In this document: positions 9,553 to 20,043 of the stretch, in pieces
How the letters are laid out: each line of letters begins with the position of its first letter
Numbering within the stretch: the stretch's first letter is position 1
Source: Bacilli bacterium
Lineage (GTDB): Bacteria; Bacillota_I; Bacilli_A; RF39; UBA660
NCBI GenBank assembly: GCA_017441065.1
Contig: JAFSAI010000024.1
Location: forward strand, 1,142 to 65,141
Direction of reading: 5' to 3'
DNA: 64,000 nt
Made by a program: the position numbers and the translations under genes
The notes under the pieces: model-generated
The model's database searches: none
The model's input: only the letters and a program-made list of their open reading frames with translations
Told to the model about the DNA's origin: nothing

Positions 9553-11967
9553 ATGTTAGAAATTAAAAATATCAAAAAAGTTTATAAGTTAGAAAACTTT
9601 GAACAAAATGCTTTAAATGATGTAAGTATTAATTTTAGAAAAAGTGAATTTGTATCAATTTTAGGTCCATCAGGAAGTGGGAAGACAACTCTTTTAAATA
9701 TTATTGGTGGTCTTGATAAATATACTTCAGGAGACCTAATTATAAATGGTGTATCTACAAAAGATTATACAGATCATGATTGGGATATTTATCGTAATCA
9801 TAAAGTAGGTTTTGTATTTCAAAGTTATAATTTAATACCACATCAATCAGTTTTATCAAATGTAGAATTGGCACTTACTTTAAGTGGAGTATCAAAAAAA
9901 GAAAGAAAAGAAAAAGCAAGACAAGCATTAGAGAGTGTTGGATTAATAGACCATATTAATAAAAAACCTAATCAATTATCTGGTGGTCAAATGCAAAGAG
10001 TTGCAATAGCAAGAGCGCTTGTAAATAATCCGGATATAGTACTTGCAGATGAACCATCAGGAGCATTAGATACAAAAACTAGTGTTCAAATAATGGATTT
10101 ATTAAAGGAAATTGCGAAAGATAGACTAGTAATAATGGTTACTCATAATCCAGAATTAGCAAAAGAGTATTCAACAAGAATAATTAATTTAAAAGATGGT
10201 GTAGTAGAGGGAGATAGTAATCCTTATACTGATGAAATAAGAGTATCCAAAGAAAAAAATAAAAAGAAGCATAAATCAAGTATGTCTTTTAAAACAGCAG
10301 TATCATTAAGTCTAAACAATTTAATGACAAAAAAAGGAAGAACATTGCTTACTGCATTTGCAGGAAGTATTGGAATAATTGGTATTTCATTGATTATGGC
10401 TTTATCTAATGGTATAGAATTATATATTGATAAGGTACAAGAAGATACATTAACAAGTTATCCACTAACTATTGAAAAACAAACAGTAGATATTACATCT
10501 TTTATGAGTAGTATGGCAGAAAAAAATACTGAAGAACATACTGATAATAAAGTTTATTCAAATAATGTAATGACTGATATGATGAGTATGGTAACTAGAG
10601 AAGTTTCAACAAATAATTTAGTTGATTTTAAAAAATATATTGAAAATAATGATGAAATAAAAGATTTAGTTAACGATATAAAATATTCATATAATTTTGA
10701 TTTAAATATATATTCTACTGATACTAGTAAAGGAATATTAAAAGTAAATCCATCTAATATTTTAGCAGAACTTGGAATGGGTTCTGAAATGATGAATACA
10801 TATAATTTATGGACAGAACTTACTAATAATAAGAAGTTGTTAGATAGTCAATATGATGTTGTAGCAGGTCGTTTACCAAAAGAATATAATGAAATTGTTT
10901 TAATAATTGATGAAAACGATTCTGTAAGCGATTATGCGTTATATTCTTTAGGATTAAAAGATAAAAACGAATTATATGCTTTATTTCAAAGTACAATGAG
11001 AGGTGAAGAATATAATACAGAAGAAAAAGATTATACTTACGAAGAAATATTAGACTTAAAATATAAATTAGTATTAAATTCAGAACTTTATCAAAAAGAA
11101 AATGGTATATGGTTAAATAAAGAAAATGATATTACTTATATGAAAAAATTAGTAGATGGTTCTGAAGAAATTAAAGTAGTTGGTATAATTAAACCTAACG
11201 AAGAAGCTGCAATATCTAGTACTACTGGTGGTATAGGATATATAAAAGAACTGCAAGAACATGTAATAGAAAAAAATAATAATTCAAAAATAGCTAAAGA
11301 ACAATTATCTAATTCAGAAATAAATGTATTTACTGGTGGAAAGTTTCAAGGTGTTGAAAGTTATGAGAATAATCTTAGTTTAATGGGTGTTGTAGATATA
11401 AACTCACCAAGTATAATTAATATTTATCCAAAAAGTTTTGAAGCAAAAGAAGAAATTCAAAATTTAATAAATGAATATAATGATAATAATGATGAAGAAA
11501 ATAAAATTCAATATACAGACTATGTTGGACTTTTAATGAATAGTGTAACTACAATAGTAAATATGATAAGTTATGTATTAATAGCATTTGTAAGTATATC
11601 TTTAGTGGTATCATCTATTATGATAGGTATAATAACTTATATTAGTGTACTAGAAAGAACTAAAGAAATAGGAATTTTAAGAAGTATTGGTGCTAGTAAA
11701 AAGGATATAAGTAGAGTATTTAATGCTGAAACATTTATTATTGGTTTAACATCAGGATTAATTGGAATACTTATAACATTATTAATAAGTTTACCAACAA
11801 ACATAGTACTTAAAAATCTAGTTGGAATATCAGATTTATGTAAAATGCCACTTAGTGGAAGTATTGTTTTAGTATTAATAAGTGTTATATTAACTGTAAT
11901 CGCTGGTTTAATACCTGCTAAAGTAGCTAGTAAAAAAGATCCAGTTATAGCATTAAGAACAGAATAG
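9553..11967 (+). CDS. ABC transporter, fused ATP-binding and FtsX/MacB-type permease protein
   Basis: Walker A GPSGSGKTT, signature LSGGQMQRVAIARAL, Walker B VLADEPSGALD, and C-terminal FtsX-like TM helices. Confidence 0.9.
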   Translation: MLEIKNIKKVYKLENFEQNALNDVSINFRKSEFVSILGPSGSGKTTLLNIIGGLDKYTSGDLIINGVSTKDYTDHDWDIYRNHKVGFVFQSYNLIPHQSVLSNVELALTLSGVSKKERKEKARQALESVGLIDHINKKPNQLSGGQMQRVAIARALVNNPDIVLADEPSGALDTKTSVQIMDLLKEIAKDRLVIMVTHNPELAKEYSTRIINLKDGVVEGDSNPYTDEIRVSKEKNKKKHKSSMSFKTAVSLSLNNLMTKKGRTLLTAFAGSIGIIGISLIMALSNGIELYIDKVQEDTLTSYPLTIEKQTVDITSFMSSMAEKNTEEHTDNKVYSNNVMTDMMSMVTREVSTNNLVDFKKYIENNDEIKDLVNDIKYSYNFDLNIYSTDTSKGILKVNPSNILAELGMGSEMMNTYNLWTELTNNKKLLDSQYDVVAGRLPKEYNEIVLIIDENDSVSDYALYSLGLKDKNELYALFQSTMRGEEYNTEEKDYTYEEILDLKYKLVLNSELYQKENGIWLNKENDITYMKKLVDGSEEIKVVGIIKPNEEAAISSTTGGIGYIKELQEHVIEKNNNSKIAKEQLSNSEINVFTGGKFQGVESYENNLSLMGVVDINSPSIINIYPKSFEAKEEIQNLINEYNDNNDEENKIQYTDYVGLLMNSVTTIVNMISYVLIAFVSISLVVSSIMIGIITYISVLERTKEIGILRSIGASKKDISRVFNAETFIIGLTSGLIGILITLLISLPTNIVLKNLVGISDLCKMPLSGSIVLVLISVILTVIAGLIPAKVASKKDPVIALRTE

Positions 11968-11971
11968 CAAT

Positions 11972-12001
11972 AAAAAAGAGTTTCGTTTGAAACTCTTTTT
12001 A
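11972..12001. terminator. Bidirectional terminator between the ABC gene and the SDR gene
   Basis: AAAAAGAGTTTC-GTTT-GAAACTCTTTTT. Confidence 0.65.
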
Positions 12002-12745
12002 CATTACTAAACCACCATCAATATTTATAATAGTTCCAGTTGTAAATAATGATTCATCACTTGCTAAATGAACATATAAACCAACCAAATCTTTTGGTTC
12101 AGCACCTCTATGAAGCGGTGTCATCATATTAAGTCTTTCAATTGTTGCTGCATCACAAGTTTCTTTAACCATATCTGTCATTACAACTCCAGGAGCAATC
12201 GAATTAACTCTAATATTGTATTTTCCTAATTCTTTAGCATTTGATTTAGTTAAACCATTAATTGCTGCTTTAGAAGCAGTGTATGCTGATTGTGTAGAAG
12301 CACCATATAAACTTACAAAAGAACTTGTGTTAATAATACTACCACCATTTTCTTTCATATATTTAACAGCTTCTCTAGTACACCTAAATGTACCTACTAA
12401 ATTTACATCAATAACATTAATAAAGTCTTCGTCAGTCATACTTTCTAAAGGTTTATAAGGTGCAATTCCTGCATTATTAACTAAAATATCTAGTTTTCCA
12501 AACTCACTAATAGTTTTATTAAATAATTCTACAACTTCATCAGTTTTTGAAATATCAACTTTACAAGCAAGCATTTTAGCATTTGGATATTCTTCTAAAA
12601 TTTTATTTTTAGCATCATTAGTACTTTCAATAGTCATACCACATAAAACTACTTTAGCACCATTTCTTACAAATTCTTTTGCAACAGCAAAACCAATACC
12701 AGTAGAACTTCCGGTAATAATTGCTACTTTATTTTCTAATCTCAT
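11999..12745 (-). CDS. Short-chain dehydrogenase/reductase (FabG-like)
   Basis: TGSSTGIG cofactor motif, NNAG, and the catalytic YTASKAA (YxxxK). Confidence 0.9.
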   Translation of the reverse strand: MRLENKVAIITGSSTGIGFAVAKEFVRNGAKVVLCGMTIESTNDAKNKILEEYPNAKMLACKVDISKTDEVVELFNKTISEFGKLDILVNNAGIAPYKPLESMTDEDFINVIDVNLVGTFRCTREAVKYMKENGGSIINTSSFVSLYGASTQSAYTASKAAINGLTKSNAKELGKYNIRVNSIAPGVVMTDMVKETCDAATIERLNMMTPLHRGAEPKDLVGLYVHLASDESLFTTGTIINIDGGLVM

Positions 12746-12864
12746 TTTATCAACTCCATAGATATTATAACATTTTCTATTTATTAGGGCAAATTTAAAG
12801 ACGATTTATTGCGATATAAAAAATCTTATGCTATACTTTTATATAGAATAAGGAGCATTTATTT

Positions 12865-13596
12865 ATGAATAAAAAGGTTGATAATAGTGCTTTAAAAAAT
12901 AATAATTATGAAGAAGATTTAGAAATAAAAAAAGTAGCATATATGCAAAATCCAATGCAAAATATTCTTTTATATGTTTTAATATGCTTATTTTGCATTA
13001 TGCTAGGAGCTTCTATAGTGTTTATTAATAGTTATTACCAAAAGAAAGTTGAATCAAATAGTTTAGAAAAAATTGAAATAACTACTAAGAAAAGCAATGT
13101 TATAATTACTAATCTTGGAGAAATAAAAGAAACTATAACAAAGAATTCTTTTGTTAATAAAACAGATTATACAATAGAAAAAATCAATACAATGGAAATA
13201 GAAACAAAAAAAGATTCAGAAGATAATGGCATAATTAAGTTTAACATTATATATGATATTTATAATAATGATTTTCCAAGAAATGAGTATGCCACTAATG
13301 ATAGTGATGTATTAGTTAGATTTTCATACTCTCATGATGGAGCGCATTGGACATATGTAAATAATGTTATATCTACAAATGAAAGTACTTTAAGACCATT
13401 AATGGGAAATTTCTATGATATATCTGGTTTAATAACAAAACTAAAGGTTGTAACTAATTATGAATTATCAAGTACCCCGGGAGAAAAAGTGGAGATGTAC
13501 TGGAGAAGCGAAACAACATTTAAATATAATAAAAACGAAAAACTAAATAGTAATTATAAAGCAAATTTTAAAATAGAGTATAAAAGTAATGACTAA
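12865..13596 (+). CDS. Hypothetical membrane-anchored extracellular protein
   Basis: 243 aa with RBS AAGGAG and a single TM (ILLYVLICLFCIMLGASIVFI). It lies directly upstream of a SipW-type signal peptidase gene. Confidence 0.6.
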   Translation: MNKKVDNSALKNNNYEEDLEIKKVAYMQNPMQNILLYVLICLFCIMLGASIVFINSYYQKKVESNSLEKIEITTKKSNVIITNLGEIKETITKNSFVNKTDYTIEKINTMEIETKKDSEDNGIIKFNIIYDIYNNDFPRNEYATNDSDVLVRFSYSHDGAHWTYVNNVISTNESTLRPLMGNFYDISGLITKLKVVTNYELSSTPGEKVEMYWRSETTFKYNKNEKLNSNYKANFKIEYKSND

Positions 13597-13664
13597 TGGA
13601 GTTTTTTCATATTGTTAATATTTAAAAATTTGTATATAATAAATGTAGAATAAGGATGAGTTGT

Positions 13665-14369
13665 ATGAATACTAAAAAAGATGAAACACATTACAATTTT
13701 AAAGGACTATTTAAGTATATTTCTACTGTAGTCAGTTGGACAATATTTGTTTTACTAATTATAGTAGGCGTATTATTAATCTATTACTATATTTCAGTTA
13801 GATTATACGCTACAAAAGGTGATAAATACGAACCAAAGTTTTCAGTTTATACTATAGTAAGTCAAAGTATGGAGCCAAATATAGAAGTATACGATGTTAT
13901 AATTAATACTAAAGTTGATGACATTAGTGAAGTAAAAGTTAATGATGTAATTACATTTATTTCAACATGGCAAGTTACTCAAGGTATGACAATTACTCAT
14001 AGAGTTGTTGGAACAAAAACATTAGATGATGGTTCAACTTGTTTAATAACTAGAGGTGATAATAACACCCAAGAAGATCAAGCTTGTGTTAGAGAAAGAG
14101 ACATTATAGGAGTTACAAAAGCAGTAATTCCTGGACTTGGAAAAGTTCAATTCTTCTTATCAAGTAAGATTGGTTGGTTATTATTAATATTATTACCAGC
14201 ACTATATATAATAGGAAAAGATATAGTAAAAATATTTAGATTATCAAAAGAAATAAAAGACGAAGAAAAAAATAAAAAGGCAAAAACTACAAACCAAAAA
14301 AAATTGCAAACCAAAAAATTAGAAGAAGCTTATAGCGATTTAAAAAAAGTAAAGAGTAAGAAAAAATAA
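13665..14369 (+). CDS. Signal peptidase I, SipW/archaeal type (S26B)
   Basis: SQSMEPNI (catalytic Ser), ITHRVV (His) and RGDNN boxes. There is a second C-terminal TM and a Lys-rich tail. The start is 13656 or 13665. Confidence 0.8.
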   Translation: MNTKKDETHYNFKGLFKYISTVVSWTIFVLLIIVGVLLIYYYISVRLYATKGDKYEPKFSVYTIVSQSMEPNIEVYDVIINTKVDDISEVKVNDVITFISTWQVTQGMTITHRVVGTKTLDDGSTCLITRGDNNTQEDQACVRERDIIGVTKAVIPGLGKVQFFLSSKIGWLLLILLPALYIIGKDIVKIFRLSKEIKDEEKNKKAKTTNQKKLQTKKLEEAYSDLKKVKSKKK

Positions 14370-14457
14370 TCTTACTTTTTTATTTTGTTTTGCTTAAAAG
14401 AAAACTTTACTTTTTTTCTTGAATGCTTTATAATTTCTAGTGAGAAGGAGTGTTTAT

Positions 14458-14997
14458 ATGGAATTAAAAGGATCAAGAACTGAAGCTAACTTAATGGCAG
14501 CATTTGCTGGAGAAAGTCAAGCTCGAAATAAATATACTTATTATGCAAGTAAAGCAAAAAAAGATGGTTATGAACAAATAGCTGCTATTTTTGAGGAAAC
14601 TGCTAATAATGAAAAAGAACATGCAAAAATGTGGTTTAAAGAATTACATGGTGGAGAAGTGCCTGGAACTTTAGACAACCTAGCTGATGCAGCTGCTGGT
14701 GAAAACTATGAATGGACAGACATGTATGCTGAATTTGCTAAAGTTGCAAAAGAAGAAGGATTTGACCGTATTGCTTTCTTATTTGAAGAAGTAGGAAAAA
14801 TTGAAAAAGAACATGAAGAAAGATATAGAAAACTAATTACTAATATAGAAGAAGGATTAGTGTTCTCAAATGATGGAGATACTATTTGGGTATGTCGTAA
14901 TTGTGGACATGTAGTTGTTGGTGGAAAAGCTCCAGAAATGTGTCCAGTATGCAAACATCCAAAAAGTTACTTTGAAAGAAAAGCAACTAACTATTAA
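14458..14997 (+). CDS. rbr: Rubrerythrin
   Basis: Diiron four-helix motifs ([24 protein letters not shown]) plus a C-terminal rubredoxin-like CRNCGH...CPVCKHP. Confidence 0.9.
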   Translation: MELKGSRTEANLMAAFAGESQARNKYTYYASKAKKDGYEQIAAIFEETANNEKEHAKMWFKELHGGEVPGTLDNLADAAAGENYEWTDMYAEFAKVAKEEGFDRIAFLFEEVGKIEKEHEERYRKLITNIEEGLVFSNDGDTIWVCRNCGHVVVGGKAPEMCPVCKHPKSYFERKATNY

Positions 14998-15029
14998 AAA
15001 ACACGATGATTTAAATTAAGTAGATTTAT

Positions 15030-15228
15030 TAATTCTGATTTAGAGAAAAAGTACATAAGGTGAAAGTATTTTTAGATAAATAATAAATCAAAATTCAGTT
15101 AATGAGTGTTGTTGAGTAATTCGCATTAAGAATTAAAGTGTATGATTAATTTCATAAATAAAGGTGGTACCGCGGGTATAAACTCGTCCTTTGTTTATGA
15201 AATTTTTTATTTTAAAAGAAAGGTGATA
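15030..15228 (+). promoter_or_regulatory. T-box leader (tRNA-Phe responsive) controlling pheST
   Basis: Stem I elements AGAGA (15042) and AGTA (15050). The conserved T-box sequence AAAGGTGGTACCGCG is at 15159-15175, followed by a hairpin and T-run. UUC specifier candidates are at 15094 and 15120. It occupies the false N-terminal extension of track ORF 15142. Confidence 0.8.
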
Positions 15229-15231
15229 AAA

Positions 15232-16281
15232 ATGTATAATGATAAGATACAAGAATTAATGAATGAAATAAGTGGAATATTTGATAGTGTCAATAATAAA
15301 CAAGAATTAGAAAACTTAAAAACAGAATATTTAGGAAAAAATGGAAAAATTACATTATTAAATCAGCTAATAAGAGAAATACCCGCAGAAGAAAAAAAAG
15401 AATTTGGGATGAAAGTTAATGAAATTAGAACTAAATTCAATGATGAATATTCAAAAGTAGCTTCTATGATTGAAGAAAAAGAAATTAATGAGAAATTAAA
15501 TAGTGAAGCAATTGATGTAAGTTTGCCAGGTACTAAAATACCAGTTGGAACAGCACATCCAATTGAAAGAATTATTGAGAGTTTAGAAACATTACTAATG
15601 AGTATGGGGTATGATGTAGTAGAAGGTCCTGAAGTAGAAAAAGATTTATATAATTTTGAATTGTTAAATTTACCAAAAGGACATCCTGCAAGAGATGCTC
15701 AAGATACATTCTATATAAAAGGAGAAGAATGGTTACTTAGAAGCCAAACAAGTCCTGTTCAAGCTAGATGCATGTTAGAACACGAAGGAAAAGATCCAAT
15801 TAGAATCATTTGTCCAGGTAAAACTTATAGAAGAGATGAAGATGATGCAACACATTCTCATCAATTTACACAAATGGAAGGATTACTTGTAGATAAAGGA
15901 ATTACTTTAGGTGATTTAAAAGGAACATTTGAAGAAATAGCAAAAATGTTATTTGGAAAGAGTCGTGAAACTAGATTTAGACCAAGTTTTTATCCATTTA
16001 CTGAACCAAGTGTTGAAATGGATATAAGTTGTTTTAATTGCAACAGCAAAGGGTGCCATATCTGTAAAGGTACAGGATGGATAACAGTTGGTGGTGCTGG
16101 TATGGTAAATCCAATCGTATTAAAAAATTGTGGTTATGATCCAGAAAAATGGAATGGGTTTGCTTTTGGTTTTGGTATTGAAAGACTAGCAATGTTAAAA
16201 TATGGCATTAATGATATAAGAACTTTTTATATTAATCATGATATAAGAACATTAGAACAATTTGATAGAAGGGAGTATTAA
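15232..16281 (+). CDS. pheS: Phenylalanine--tRNA ligase alpha subunit
   Basis: Class II aaRS motifs (HPARDAQDTFY, FRPSFYPFTEPS, GFAFGFGIERLAM). RBS AGGTGA precedes the ATG at 15232. Confidence 0.95.
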   Translation: MYNDKIQELMNEISGIFDSVNNKQELENLKTEYLGKNGKITLLNQLIREIPAEEKKEFGMKVNEIRTKFNDEYSKVASMIEEKEINEKLNSEAIDVSLPGTKIPVGTAHPIERIIESLETLLMSMGYDVVEGPEVEKDLYNFELLNLPKGHPARDAQDTFYIKGEEWLLRSQTSPVQARCMLEHEGKDPIRIICPGKTYRRDEDDATHSHQFTQMEGLLVDKGITLGDLKGTFEEIAKMLFGKSRETRFRPSFYPFTEPSVEMDISCFNCNSKGCHICKGTGWITVGGAGMVNPIVLKNCGYDPEKWNGFAFGFGIERLAMLKYGINDIRTFYINHDIRTLEQFDRREY

Positions 16282-16282
16282 G

Positions 16283-18670
16283 ATGGCTATTAGTTTAAAT
16301 TGGGTAAACGATTACATTGATATAGAAAAAGAAGATAAAGTTTTGCTTGCAAACAAAATTACTAAGGCTGGAATAAATGTTGAAAAAGTAACTGTTTTCA
16401 ACATTAAGAATCTTGTAGTTGGTGAAGTTTTAGAATGTGAAATGCATCCTGATAGTGATCATTTACATGTTTGTAAAGTAAATATTGGAGATAATACAAC
16501 ACAAATAGTATGTGGTGCAAGTAATGTAAGAGCAGGAATAAAGGTTATTGTAGCACTTCCTGGAGCAGTATTACCTGGAGACTTTGAAATTAAACAAAGT
16601 AAAATAAGAGGAATAGAATCTAATGGTATGATATGTGCTCTATTTGAATTAGGTTTAGAAGAAAAAACAGAAGAAACCTATAATAAAGGTATATGTGAAT
16701 TACCAATAGATGCACCAGTTGGAGAAGATGCATTTAAATATTTAGGATATGGTGATACTTCATATGAACTAGATTTAAATCCAAATAGAACTGATTGTAA
16801 TAATCATTTATGTTTTGCATACGAAGTAGCAGCAGTATTAAAAAAACAAGTTAAGATGCCTGATATTACATTTAAAGAAACAGATGAATTAGTAGATTCT
16901 TTAGTAAGCTTGAGAGTAGATACAGAAAATGTACCAATGTATAATCTAATGATTGCTAAAGATGTAACAATTAAAGAAAGTCCAGATTTTATTAAAAAAA
17001 GATTAGAAACAGCTGGTATAAGAAGCATTAATAATGTAGTTGATATTTCTAATTATGTAATGCTTGAATATGGTCAACCACTTCATTTCTTTGATAAAGA
17101 TATTGTGGGTGATAAAATAGTTGTTAGAATGGCTAGTGAAGAAGAAAAAGTAATAACATTAGATAAACAAGAAAGAACTCTAAGTAATGAAGATATTGTT
17201 ATAACTGATGGAGATAAAGTATTATGTGTAGCAGGAGTTATGGGCGGTCTTGATTCTGGTATAAATGATAATACTAAAAATATTTTAATTGAATCTGCTA
17301 TCTTTAATCCATATAATATAAGATACACTTCATTAAGATTAGGGCTACGTAGTGAAGCTAGTTTAAGGTTAGAAAAACCACTTAGCTATGAATATTGTGA
17401 ACTAGCTATAAAAAGAGCTTGTCATTTATTAGAAAAATATGCTGATGCCAAAATAGTAAAAGGCTCAATTAGTTATGATCGTATTGATAGAAGTCCCAAA
17501 AAAATTAAAGTAAGTTTAGATGAAATAAATTCAATTTTAGGTATGACTTTAACAAATGAAGACGTAGAAAGTACATTTGACAGCTTAGGTTTTGCTTACA
17601 CAGTAGATAATAATACTTATGAAGTAACAGTACCAAATAGAAGACAAGATATAGCAATGCAAAAAGAAGATATTATTGAAGAAGTTGGAAGAATTTATGG
17701 ATATGATAATATTCAACCAACATTACCTTTAGTAAATATCAAAAAAGGAGAATATTCTGAATCAGCAAAATTTAGAAAGATTATATCTAAACGAATTCGT
17801 AGTTTAGGATTTAATGAACTTAGAACTTATACTTTATTAAATGAAGAAGATGTTACAAAATATAATTATAATTTTGGAGATATAATTATATTAAATAGAC
17901 CAATGCTTAAAGAAAGAGCTTGTGTAAGACAAAGTTTATTAACTTCACTAGTAGAAGTTGCAAAATATAATATAAGTAAAAAGAACAAAGATTTAATGTT
18001 ATATGAGATTGCAAACACATATTCTGGAAGTGAAGAATATACAGAAGACACTAAATTAGCATTTTTAGTATCTGGAAAATATATTTCAAATACATGGAAT
18101 CAAAATAGTTATGATATAGATTTCTATTTTATTAAAGGAGTAGTAGAAAATCTATTAACATTTGTAGGTTTAAACAATAGATATACTTTATCTTTAAGTG
18201 ATAAATTACCTAAAGAAATTCATCCAAAAATAAATAGTGAAATAATAGTTGGAGGAAAAAGTATAGGTTACTTTGGTAAATTACATCCAGTTGTTTCTAA
18301 AGAAGATATGTATGTTTGTGAAATATCTTTAACAAAATTAAATATGAATAAAACTGGTGATGTTAAATACCAAGAATTAAATAAATATCCAAAGATAGAA
18401 AAAGATTTAGCTTTTGTAGTAGATGATAAGATTGAAAGTTTTGAAATACTTAAAGAGATCAAAAAAAGTGGCGGAAAGCTTTTAACAGATGTAAAAGTAT
18501 TTGATATTTATAAAGGTGATAAAATAGATAGTGATAAAAAATCAATAGCTTATAATTTAACATTTGAAGATTATACAAGGACATTAACTGAAGAAGAAGT
18601 TATGAATATATTTACAAATATTATTAAATCTATTGAAAATAAATTTAATGCTACTTTAAGAGATAAATAA
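16283..18670 (+). CDS. pheT: Phenylalanine--tRNA ligase beta subunit
   Basis: About 795 aa, with an N-terminal tRNA-binding domain (HPDSDHLHVCKV), B3/4, B5 and C-terminal FDX-ACB regions. The start follows the pheS stop by 1 nt. Confidence 0.95.
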   Translation: MAISLNWVNDYIDIEKEDKVLLANKITKAGINVEKVTVFNIKNLVVGEVLECEMHPDSDHLHVCKVNIGDNTTQIVCGASNVRAGIKVIVALPGAVLPGDFEIKQSKIRGIESNGMICALFELGLEEKTEETYNKGICELPIDAPVGEDAFKYLGYGDTSYELDLNPNRTDCNNHLCFAYEVAAVLKKQVKMPDITFKETDELVDSLVSLRVDTENVPMYNLMIAKDVTIKESPDFIKKRLETAGIRSINNVVDISNYVMLEYGQPLHFFDKDIVGDKIVVRMASEEEKVITLDKQERTLSNEDIVITDGDKVLCVAGVMGGLDSGINDNTKNILIESAIFNPYNIRYTSLRLGLRSEASLRLEKPLSYEYCELAIKRACHLLEKYADAKIVKGSISYDRIDRSPKKIKVSLDEINSILGMTLTNEDVESTFDSLGFAYTVDNNTYEVTVPNRRQDIAMQKEDIIEEVGRIYGYDNIQPTLPLVNIKKGEYSESAKFRKIISKRIRSLGFNELRTYTLLNEEDVTKYNYNFGDIIILNRPMLKERACVRQSLLTSLVEVAKYNISKKNKDLMLYEIANTYSGSEEYTEDTKLAFLVSGKYISNTWNQNSYDIDFYFIKGVVENLLTFVGLNNRYTLSLSDKLPKEIHPKINSEIIVGGKSIGYFGKLHPVVSKEDMYVCEISLTKLNMNKTGDVKYQELNKYPKIEKDLAFVVDDKIESFEILKEIKKSGGKLLTDVKVFDIYKGDKIDSDKKSIAYNLTFEDYTRTLTEEEVMNIFTNIIKSIENKFNATLRDK

Positions 18671-18717
18671 TTATAAAAATACTTAGTTTTTACTGAGTAT
18701 TTTTTTAGTGGTAAAAA

Positions 18718-18762
18718 TTGACAATAACGAAAAAAATAGAGTATAATAGTAACATAAGTTAC
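18718..18762 (+). promoter_or_regulatory. Promoter plus palindromic operator of the TetR gene
   Basis: TTGACA (18718) - 18 nt - TATAAT (18742). The palindrome GTAAC-ATAA-GTTAC at 18749-18762 lies just downstream of the -10 box. Confidence 0.5.
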
Positions 18763-18789
18763 CGTAGTATAGATTGGGGGATGTATATT

Positions 18790-19338
18790 ATGCCAGCAAG
18801 TTGCAAAATTACTAAAGAGGAAATTATTAAGAAAGCCGTAGTAATGGTTAATAAAAAAGGTTGGGATTCAATTAACGCAAGAGATTTAGCATCATCTTTA
18901 AAAATTTCTACTAAACCATTATATAGAATTTATCAAAACATGGATGAAATTAAAGAAGATATGTATAAAGAAATTTATAAACAATATGATGAATTCATTA
19001 CAAGTAGAGTAGATAATAAAAAGGCATTAGTAACTCTTTGTGTAGCATACGTTGAATTTGCTAAGATGTATAAAAATTTATTTATAAGTTTATTTTTATC
19101 AAATAATTTAAAATGGAAAAGCGTCGATGATGTTCTAAATGAAAAATGGAATCAAGGGGCAATTATTAATTTAGTAAATAAACAAGGATATACTTTTGAA
19201 GAAGCTAAAGAACTATTTATGCATGTTTGGTTATACGCAAATGGTTTAGCAACTTTAATAGCAACAAATAAAATAGATATAGATGACAAAGAAATAATAG
19301 TTAGAATAGTGAAAATATTTAAGACTTTAGAGAAATAA
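18790..19338 (+). CDS. TetR/AcrR-family transcriptional regulator
   Basis: N-terminal TetR HTH (GWDSINARDLASSLKISTKPLYRIY). The ATG at 18790 sits about 9 nt after GGGGG. The track start at 18718 is actually the -35 box. Confidence 0.8.
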   Translation: MPASCKITKEEIIKKAVVMVNKKGWDSINARDLASSLKISTKPLYRIYQNMDEIKEDMYKEIYKQYDEFITSRVDNKKALVTLCVAYVEFAKMYKNLFISLFLSNNLKWKSVDDVLNEKWNQGAIINLVNKQGYTFEEAKELFMHVWLYANGLATLIATNKIDIDDKEIIVRIVKIFKTLEK

Positions 19339-19389
19339 CTTTAAATGAAGTATGTATTTTGTTATAATAATTACTATGTAGGAGGTAAA

Positions 19390-19959
19390 ATGAAAAAAAT
19401 AGTATTAAGTATAGTTACTGCATTAATGGTATTTGCAATGATGCCTTTAGTAAAAGCTGAAGAAACAGTTTCTGTATATATGTTTAGTAAAAATGGATGT
19501 TCTGCATGTGTATCTGCACAAGAATATTTTGAAAATTTAGCTGAAGAAAATCCAGGATTGTTCGAATTAGTTGAATTAGAGGTTTTTGATGCAGAATGGA
19601 ATTTTGTAAGTGAAGATTTACAAAAATTGCTTATTGCAACATACGAAAGATTTGGTGAAGATACATCTAAAGCTGCGACACCAACAATAGTAATTGGTGA
19701 TTATCATACAGTTGGTCTTCCTCAAGATACGACTGAAGTTTATGACGCAATTGTAGCTGCAAAAGACGAAGAAAAAACTGATGAAGTAAAAAAATTAGCT
19801 GATGATCTTGATATTAAAATCGAAGATATTCGTAAATCATCTTCAAATTCAACTGATACACCAGAAGGCGGAAAATATGATGCAATTATTGTAGTAGGTA
19901 TTTTTGTAGTATTAATTGGAGGATTTGCCGGATTAGTTATTGCTGGTAAAAAACAATAA
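19390..19959 (+). CDS. Secreted, membrane-anchored thioredoxin-fold protein (CxxC)
   Basis: RBS AGGAGG, a signal peptide (MKKIVLSIVTALMVFAMMPLVKA), a CSAC motif and a C-terminal TM helix. Confidence 0.6.
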   Translation: MKKIVLSIVTALMVFAMMPLVKAEETVSVYMFSKNGCSACVSAQEYFENLAEENPGLFELVELEVFDAEWNFVSEDLQKLLIATYERFGEDTSKAATPTIVIGDYHTVGLPQDTTEVYDAIVAAKDEEKTDEVKKLADDLDIKIEDIRKSSSNSTDTPEGGKYDAIIVVGIFVVLIGGFAGLVIAGKKQ

Positions 19960-20043
19960 ATAAAAGCTCCTTGTGGAGTTTTTTATTTGTAAGTAATTGA
20001 GTTAATAGGTAGTTTTTGATATAATCAAAATAGGGTTGATAAT

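Noticed and set aside
15142-15231. N-terminal 30-codon extension of the pheS ORF given in the track.
   Set aside because: This stretch contains the conserved T-box sequence (AAAGGTGGTACCGCG) and the attenuator. The real start is the ATG at 15232 with RBS AGGTGA.
18718-18789. TTG start at 18718 for the TetR gene.
   Set aside because: The TTG is part of a TTGACA -35 box that pairs with TATAAT at 18742. The coding region most likely begins at 18790, after the GGGGG RBS.
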